Below, one piece after another: positions 59,257 to 64,000 of a stretch of DNA of 64,000 nucleotides; the stretch's first letter is position 1; the number at the start of each line of letters is the position of its first letter. This DNA is from a virus: the IMG/VR virus record IMGVR_UViG_3300025010_000008. The stretch is one strand, 5' to 3'. Below the pieces are notes generated by a model. The model was not told the origin of the DNA and ran no database searches. It saw only the letters and a program-made list of their open reading frames with translations. The translations under genes and the position numbers were made by a program.

Positions 59257-59553
59257 ATGAAAAAGCGAAGAACACGCATCCAACGTTTGGAGCGGAAAGT
59301 TAAAGCAGTCACAGATTTGGCTTTAGTAACTTCTAGGTATGCTGCACATTTGCATCAAGAAATTTTTAAACTCACTGAGGAAAAAGAAACCATTGAGCGT
59401 GTCCTCGAAGTGATGCAGGAAAATAGCGGATTTAAGCGGGCCATAATCAATAGCCATACTGTCAGGCTGGATAAACTTGAATCTGCACCCGTAGGGCTTT
59501 TGGCCAAACTCCAACTATATCTCGCGAGGAGGAAGGTGACTGCCGATGGTTAA
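59257..59553 (+). CDS. Hypothetical coiled-coil protein
   Basis: 98 aa, RBS aggagggg. Confidence 0.5.
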   Translation: MKKRRTRIQRLERKVKAVTDLALVTSRYAAHLHQEIFKLTEEKETIERVLEVMQENSGFKRAIINSHTVRLDKLESAPVGLLAKLQLYLARRKVTADG

Positions 59554-59779
59554 AGGCGTAAAACGCGAGGCCATAAGGCTTATCGAACAGGCTATCGTAG
59601 AGACCGGGACAACCTTCCCTGGTGCCGTAAGTCTGAGAATTGAAGAGATAATGGCGCAGCGGATTAAGAAAATGAAACGTCATGACTACGCTACGCTGTT
59701 TATTATCCTTGGCAGGTATGGGATCAAGAAATACAGCGACGTTGTTAGGTTGGTCGACCAAGTTAGGAGGGCGGTGTGA
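59546..59779 (+). CDS. Hypothetical protein
   Basis: 77 aa, overlapping start. Confidence 0.5.
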   Translation: MVKGVKREAIRLIEQAIVETGTTFPGAVSLRIEEIMAQRIKKMKRHDYATLFIILGRYGIKKYSDVVRLVDQVRRAV

Positions 59780-60045
59780 TGGGATATAGTAAATACAGTA
59801 ATCAGTATTCCGACGAGGAAAAACGCATAGCCGGCCTTAAACTGCCAATCGAGCTAGTATATAAAATCTATATCGAGGCAGGGTTTACGCGCAGCAAACA
59901 ATGCCTTCGGAAATGGCGGTATGACAACGGGATTAGGGAGTCAGATTTCAATGGCGGAAAGCTCCCAAGGCATAGGTTAAAGCGCAATTCTAAGCAAGTA
60001 AAACGCTTTCCCTTAGGAGTTCGGGAGTGGTTGCTGTATGGTTAA
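59776..60045 (+). CDS. Hypothetical basic protein
   Basis: 89 aa, GTGATG overlap. Confidence 0.5.
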   Translation: MMGYSKYSNQYSDEEKRIAGLKLPIELVYKIYIEAGFTRSKQCLRKWRYDNGIRESDFNGGKLPRHRLKRNSKQVKRFPLGVREWLLYG

Positions 60046-60369
60046 TCAAAATACATAGCCGACCGGTGCCGAGCCGGTCAAACCCAGGAAGGGTGATCTT
60101 ATGCAAAACAAAAACCTATTCTTCTCTCGCATAACTCAGTTACCCCGTTAACGCGGGTTGTCGAAAACGGATATTGAGACTAATCGGTCAATAGATAACT
60201 ACCCTCTGTCGGGAGGATATCCGTAGAAATTCCGGAGATACGCCGGGTGCCATATGACTAGACGTAAAACTGAGCATGGTTGGGGACTCCACTATTTAGT
60301 TGGTAGTAGGCAACGTAATACGGTACCAATCCCACTTTAGGATTAATCTATCTAAAGTGGTGCGGGTAT

Positions 60370-61080
60370 GTGAGAGAAGTTGTTAGTCTTAGTTTAGGTA
60401 AAGACAGTTCAGCTTTAGCGGTTTATCTGAAAGAAAAATATCCTGCAAAGAAGTTTGAATTCGTTTTCGTGAATAACGGTGCAGAGCTTCCCGAAGCATA
60501 CGCTTACCTGCCAAAACTGGAAAGCGTAGTCGAAAAAATAACCATCCTAAAAAGCAATTTTGAAGGCATGTTGGGCAAGTGGGGAAACTTCCTGCCCAGC
60601 GCAAAAGCCAGATGGTGTACTCGTAAAACCAAAATAGAGCCACTGTCCAAGTATCTTGGACAGGACGAAGTCATCATGCACGTCGGTTTGACTTCTGATG
60701 AATCAAAATCTATCCGGGGTTGGAAGTGGCCGAAAAACGTAACAACTCAATACACCCTCAAAGACGAAGGAATCTGTAGGGCCGACGTGGTTAGGATTTT
60801 AAATTCAGCAGGAATAGGACTTCCAGAATTTTATAAGTGGCGTTCCAGGTCAGGTTGCTACTGTTGCCCGTTCCAGCGAAGGATCGAGTGGGTAGAACTC
60901 CTTGAACGTCATCCGGAACTGTTCTGGAAAGCTGCAGGTTTTGAAACTGAAAAATACACCTGGATGCAAGGCTTACCTCTCTCAGAGTTGGCGAAGCGGA
61001 AAGACGATATTAAGAAACGTCACAAAATAGCCATGCACAGAGAGGAATTAAAGAGTAGGCAAATAGCGTTTAATTTTTAA
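60370..61080 (+). CDS. PAPS reductase-family PP-loop protein (second copy in window)
   Basis: The PP-loop SLSLGKDSS lies at the N-terminus. ARWCTRKTKIEPL and CYCCPFQ motifs are present. Confidence 0.75.
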   Translation: MREVVSLSLGKDSSALAVYLKEKYPAKKFEFVFVNNGAELPEAYAYLPKLESVVEKITILKSNFEGMLGKWGNFLPSAKARWCTRKTKIEPLSKYLGQDEVIMHVGLTSDESKSIRGWKWPKNVTTQYTLKDEGICRADVVRILNSAGIGLPEFYKWRSRSGCYCCPFQRRIEWVELLERHPELFWKAAGFETEKYTWMQGLPLSELAKRKDDIKKRHKIAMHREELKSRQIAFNF

Positions 61081-61092
61081 GGTGGTGTTCCG

Positions 61093-61413
61093 ATGGACTA
61101 TAAAAAACTTGAGCAAGACTTAATAAAGGCTAAAAATGCCGGTGTCGAAGCAGCTAAGGGTGAGGATGGCGGTACTGCCAATATGGACAGTGTGTTTCTG
61201 TGTTTACCTAAAACACGTGAGATAAAGGTGCTGGAAGCAATCAAAAATGCTGGTTTATACTGCCGCAAGAAAACTAAATGGATCGGTGTGGGATATATGA
61301 TTTCACCGGTTAAATGTGGACAGGGAAATAGTAGGGCAAGAGCGCAGAAAGCCATGCTAGATAGTTTGGAGTCCGATAGCTACAAGGTGCTTGGATTCTA
61401 CAAGATGGATTAG
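61093..61413 (+). CDS. Hypothetical protein
   Basis: 106 aa, RBS aaggtggtg. Confidence 0.5.
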   Translation: MDYKKLEQDLIKAKNAGVEAAKGEDGGTANMDSVFLCLPKTREIKVLEAIKNAGLYCRKKTKWIGVGYMISPVKCGQGNSRARAQKAMLDSLESDSYKVLGFYKMD

Positions 61414-61429
61414 AGGAGGAAAATGCTGT

Positions 61430-61585
61430 ATGAAACACGGCAAAAACCCAACAGCCAAGCAAAAGGCTGTTATGAAAAAGTGCAGGCTGAACCCGGATAA
61501 CTGGTTGGTTGTCAAGAACCTGCAGACTGAATTGCACATCATTAACCGGGAAACGGGGCAGGCAAGGGTACTTAAATTAGTGTAG
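61430..61585 (+). CDS. Small conserved phage protein (KNPTAKQK...NPDNWLVVK type)
   Basis: 51 aa. The pattern recurs in Firmicutes phages as far as I recall. An alternative ATG at 61423 gives only 25 aa. Confidence 0.4.
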   Translation: MKHGKNPTAKQKAVMKKCRLNPDNWLVVKNLQTELHIINRETGQARVLKLV

Positions 61586-61599
61586 ACGGGAGGTAGACC

Positions 61600-61875
61600 A
61601 TGAAGCCGGAGCAGAAGAAGAAGAAAATTATTGAACTGGTAGGAAAGAGGTACTGGGAGATTTATAACAAGGGAGACAGATCATGGGACAGGTTATCCGA
61701 GGTTTCAAAAGACATCCTTATGCAGGACGCTGAAATATATCTTGACGCTGCCGGATACTTTGATTTATGCGACGAAATAAACTCACTGCCCTCAAACCTA
61801 AACGGCGATATTTGTCCGAAATGCCTTGATATTGTTACGGATAAGCTGCCACAAACGCTATATGACCAGGCTTAA
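61600..61875 (+). CDS. Hypothetical protein
   Basis: 91 aa, RBS gggaggtag. Confidence 0.5.
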   Translation: MKPEQKKKKIIELVGKRYWEIYNKGDRSWDRLSEVSKDILMQDAEIYLDAAGYFDLCDEINSLPSNLNGDICPKCLDIVTDKLPQTLYDQA

Positions 61876-62347
61876 TCTTAGCCTAAAGGAATATAACCGG
61901 TTGATTGGTAAGACTAAGAAGGGAAAACGGGCATCTAAGCCCGTAACCCTTCCCTTAGCGCAGGCGCAGTGGGATGCAAAGCTCTTCCCGGGTGGCGTGT
62001 GGATTCAGATACCTTTCTCGCCGCCGTCAATGAATGAGTGGAAAAACTGGCACTGGGGCAAGCAGGGTAAGTATAAAGATGAGTTGTCAGACGCTATTTC
62101 TAAGTTGGCTATATGTTTTGGCCTGCCCCAGTTTGAGCGGGCAACTATACAGTTTATTCACCACTTCAAAACTAATCGGCTCCGGGATCCACAGGACAAC
62201 TATGCACCAAAGTTTCTCATGGATGCCTTAGTCAGGGCAGGCATTCTGGTAGACGATAACGGGGAACTGGTGACGGTGCCGGTGGCTGAATTGAAGGTTG
62301 ACAAGGAAAAGCCTAGGAGTGAAATATTTATCTGGAGGCGTAAGTGA
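61862..62347 (+). CDS. rusA: RusA-like Holliday junction resolvase
   Basis: PPSMNEW..WHWGK and DPQDNYAPKFLMDALVRAGILVDDNG match the RusA Asp-rich catalytic pattern. Confidence 0.65.
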   Translation: MTRLNLSLKEYNRLIGKTKKGKRASKPVTLPLAQAQWDAKLFPGGVWIQIPFSPPSMNEWKNWHWGKQGKYKDELSDAISKLAICFGLPQFERATIQFIHHFKTNRLRDPQDNYAPKFLMDALVRAGILVDDNGELVTVPVAELKVDKEKPRSEIFIWRRK

Positions 62348-62751
62348 TGGGTAATTGCATTAATATACTCGACAGAAACGGAAATATAATCGGCCAAGCA
62401 ACACATGGTCTTTGCTGTGGATTTTACGTTGACGATATAGTTAAGCGGTACAATCCAGAATACAATATGTTTTCCATGAAGGACATAAATGAGCAGTTGA
62501 AGCCAGCTTTTAATAACGGATCACCAGAAGACTTAATTATATTACATTTATTTATGAACGATGAGTCAACATTTGACGAAACTGATTTGCCGCATTTTGA
62601 GAAGGCTATCACAAAACTTAAGTCAGACAATAGAATTCATGAAAATATAAAAATGCACTTAACGGCCTACATGAAAATACTTAAAGAACTTGGATTTATG
62701 CGTACAAAATACGCAGGCACATTTGCCGCGATTGCGGTGAGTAAAAGTTGA
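62344..62751 (+). CDS. Hypothetical protein
   Basis: 135 aa, GTGATG overlap. Confidence 0.5.
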   Translation: MMGNCINILDRNGNIIGQATHGLCCGFYVDDIVKRYNPEYNMFSMKDINEQLKPAFNNGSPEDLIILHLFMNDESTFDETDLPHFEKAITKLKSDNRIHENIKMHLTAYMKILKELGFMRTKYAGTFAAIAVSKS

Positions 62752-62775
62752 GGTTTTTATTGGGAGGTTGGTTGA

Positions 62776-62967
62776 ATGACCTTTAGTTTAGGATTAGCTA
62801 TTGGACTGGCTGTAGGATGCATATTTGGCATGGTTGTCGCCTCCCTGATGGTAGCGGCCAAGGAGGAAGAGCTTTGCCCAAGGTGTAATTCTGGCATGAT
62901 CAGAGAATCATGTTCTTGGTGCGGTTATGAGGTAGGTGATAAATCATGTATTATGTCAGAGAATTAA
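62776..62967 (+). CDS. Small membrane protein with a Cys4 tail
   Basis: An N-terminal TM segment followed by CPRC...CSWC. Confidence 0.45.
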   Translation: MTFSLGLAIGLAVGCIFGMVVASLMVAAKEEELCPRCNSGMIRESCSWCGYEVGDKSCIMSEN

Positions 62968-63128
62968 TAGAAATTCTATTGGGAGAAGAAGAATATACCA
63001 CCCTACATGCTACCGAGGATAAAGAAGAAGCAACTGATATGGCCGTACAAGGCGTTATGTTTGGCCGTGATTGCCAGGTAGTTGATGATTGGGGTGAAAT
63101 AGTTTGGGAACCGTTGATTGGTGATTAG
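62946..63128 (+). CDS. Hypothetical acidic protein
   Basis: 60-aa ORF. Confidence 0.4.
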   Translation: MYYVRELIEILLGEEEYTTLHATEDKEEATDMAVQGVMFGRDCQVVDDWGEIVWEPLIGD

Positions 63129-63148
63129 TTATCAAAGGAGGGGGCGGG

Positions 63149-63435
63149 GTGTACTATCGTAACTATAAAGTAGAGCTAACAAACCATGCTTACAATCGTT
63201 ACCGTGAGCGGGGGGGTACAGGAACCGCAAGAAGCTGCTCAACAAGGTGGTTAACCTGGTTAACGACACGATTAGATCCGCTGGAGGACTAAAGTTTTCG
63301 CGCAATGGTACGGCCCTGCTTCATTTGGGTGGTGGATATATTGCAGCTTTGAGGATTGAGCGAGGGGTGTTGTCTGTTAGGACGATAATTTTGCGGGGTG
63401 GCAAGAGGGAGGTTGAAAGGGTTGCAGCTTGTTGA
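63149..63435 (+). pseudogene. Gene split by a frameshift at a G7 run (or recoded)
   Basis: The GTG at 63149 follows aaggaggggg. Frame A stops at 63292. Frame B (ORF 63247-63435) is open from 63208. The two frames join if the G7 tract at 63210-63216 is read as 8 G. Confidence 0.45.
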
Positions 63436-63460
63436 GGTTAGTGGCAGGGGAGCGATATTA

Positions 63461-63769
63461 ATGCTTTCACAGCTTTCAGAACAGGAACTAAGTGAACTGG
63501 GATTTTACGAGATACTTCTTGAATGTGTGCGGGAGCAGGAAGTAAGGGAAAAGAGACTAATGCAGTTTATCGAAGAACTTAGTATAACAGACCTGCCGGG
63601 TTTTTATGGCCCTGATATACGAGATATTGAAAACCCTCCGCTATGGCGCATGGTCAACTTCAAAACCGTCAAGGATGCCAGAAAGTCAACGGCTAGGAAT
63701 TTTAGGCGGAATAGCTGGCATAGGCCGAGAAGTAGGCTTTGGTCAGGCGAGAGGAAAAGGGAGGCGTGA
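63461..63769 (+). CDS. Hypothetical protein with a basic C-terminus
   Basis: 102 aa starting from the ATG at 63461. Confidence 0.45.
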   Translation: MLSQLSEQELSELGFYEILLECVREQEVREKRLMQFIEELSITDLPGFYGPDIRDIENPPLWRMVNFKTVKDARKSTARNFRRNSWHRPRSRLWSGERKREA

Positions 63770-63772
63770 GTT

Positions 63773-64000
63773 ATGTCAACAGCATGTATGGTAGCAGGAA
63801 GAGGAAGCAGATTGCCCCAGGATGTAGTTGGTGTCTTTATTACTGGAGCATATTCTCCTGGATATATACCGCAAGCGTTTAGTATACCCTTTCTTACCGA
63901 TTTACCTGCGCCTGATAAAATGATTAGGCCGGTAAAAAGAAAGGCTAGGACTAAGCCAGTAGCTAAAGCCAAGCGTAATAATAAACGCGTTATCGCCAGG
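63773..64000 (+). CDS. Hypothetical protein, 5' fragment running off the window end
   Basis: ATG at 63773, 4 nt after the upstream stop. The frame is open for 76 codons to the window end. Confidence 0.4.
   Translation, partial: MSTACMVAGRGSRLPQDVVGVFITGAYSPGYIPQAFSIPFLTDLPAPDKMIRPVKRKARTKPVAKAKRNNKRVIAR

Overview
The window reads as most of a temperate long-tailed phage, either a prophage or a circularly permuted phage genome. Strong GGAGG ribosome-binding sites and recurrent copper-amine-oxidase-type wall-binding modules suggest a Gram-positive, Firmicutes/Clostridia-like host.

Layout:
- 1-333: tail end of a tyrosine recombinase gene.
- 372-14265: tail module. It holds a chaperone pair with a -1 frameshift site, a 1209-aa tape measure, Dit, an 1831-aa multidomain fibre/depolymerase, and a Tal-like protein with a His-box tip.
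- 14262-17316: small morons, a Rha regulator and the lysis cassette (XhlA-like protein, holin, amidase).
- 17368-38526: accessory island of about 21 kb.
- 38605-43762: serine integrase and lysogeny switch (ImmA/IrrE, XRE repressor, Cro-like protein).
- 43766-64000: early, replication and recombination genes. These include SbcCD-like proteins, a replisome organizer with internal iterons, a DnaC-like loader, RusA, MT-A70 and C5 methyltransferases and two PAPS-reductase-like genes, running into the start of the late region.

Main signals:
1. 17368-22705 is a seven-gene, translationally coupled operon that reads as a type IV-B-like CRISPR-Cas effector (Csf1, Cas11 position, Csf2/Cas7, Csf3/Cas5). 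It also carries a Cas6-like protein, a CysH-like PP-loop protein and a polytopic membrane protein.
2. 25271-27947 encodes a compact 561-aa TnpB/Cas12-like RuvC nuclease with an intact D-E-D triad and zinc ribbon. It is followed by its own promoter, an atypical array of at least six divergent ~31-nt hairpin repeats with irregular spacing, and a terminator.
3. Neither module has cas1/cas2.

All family calls rest on motif recognition and gene context read by eye. No database search, HMM, fold prediction or GC computation was run. Start codons are best guesses from RBS spacing.
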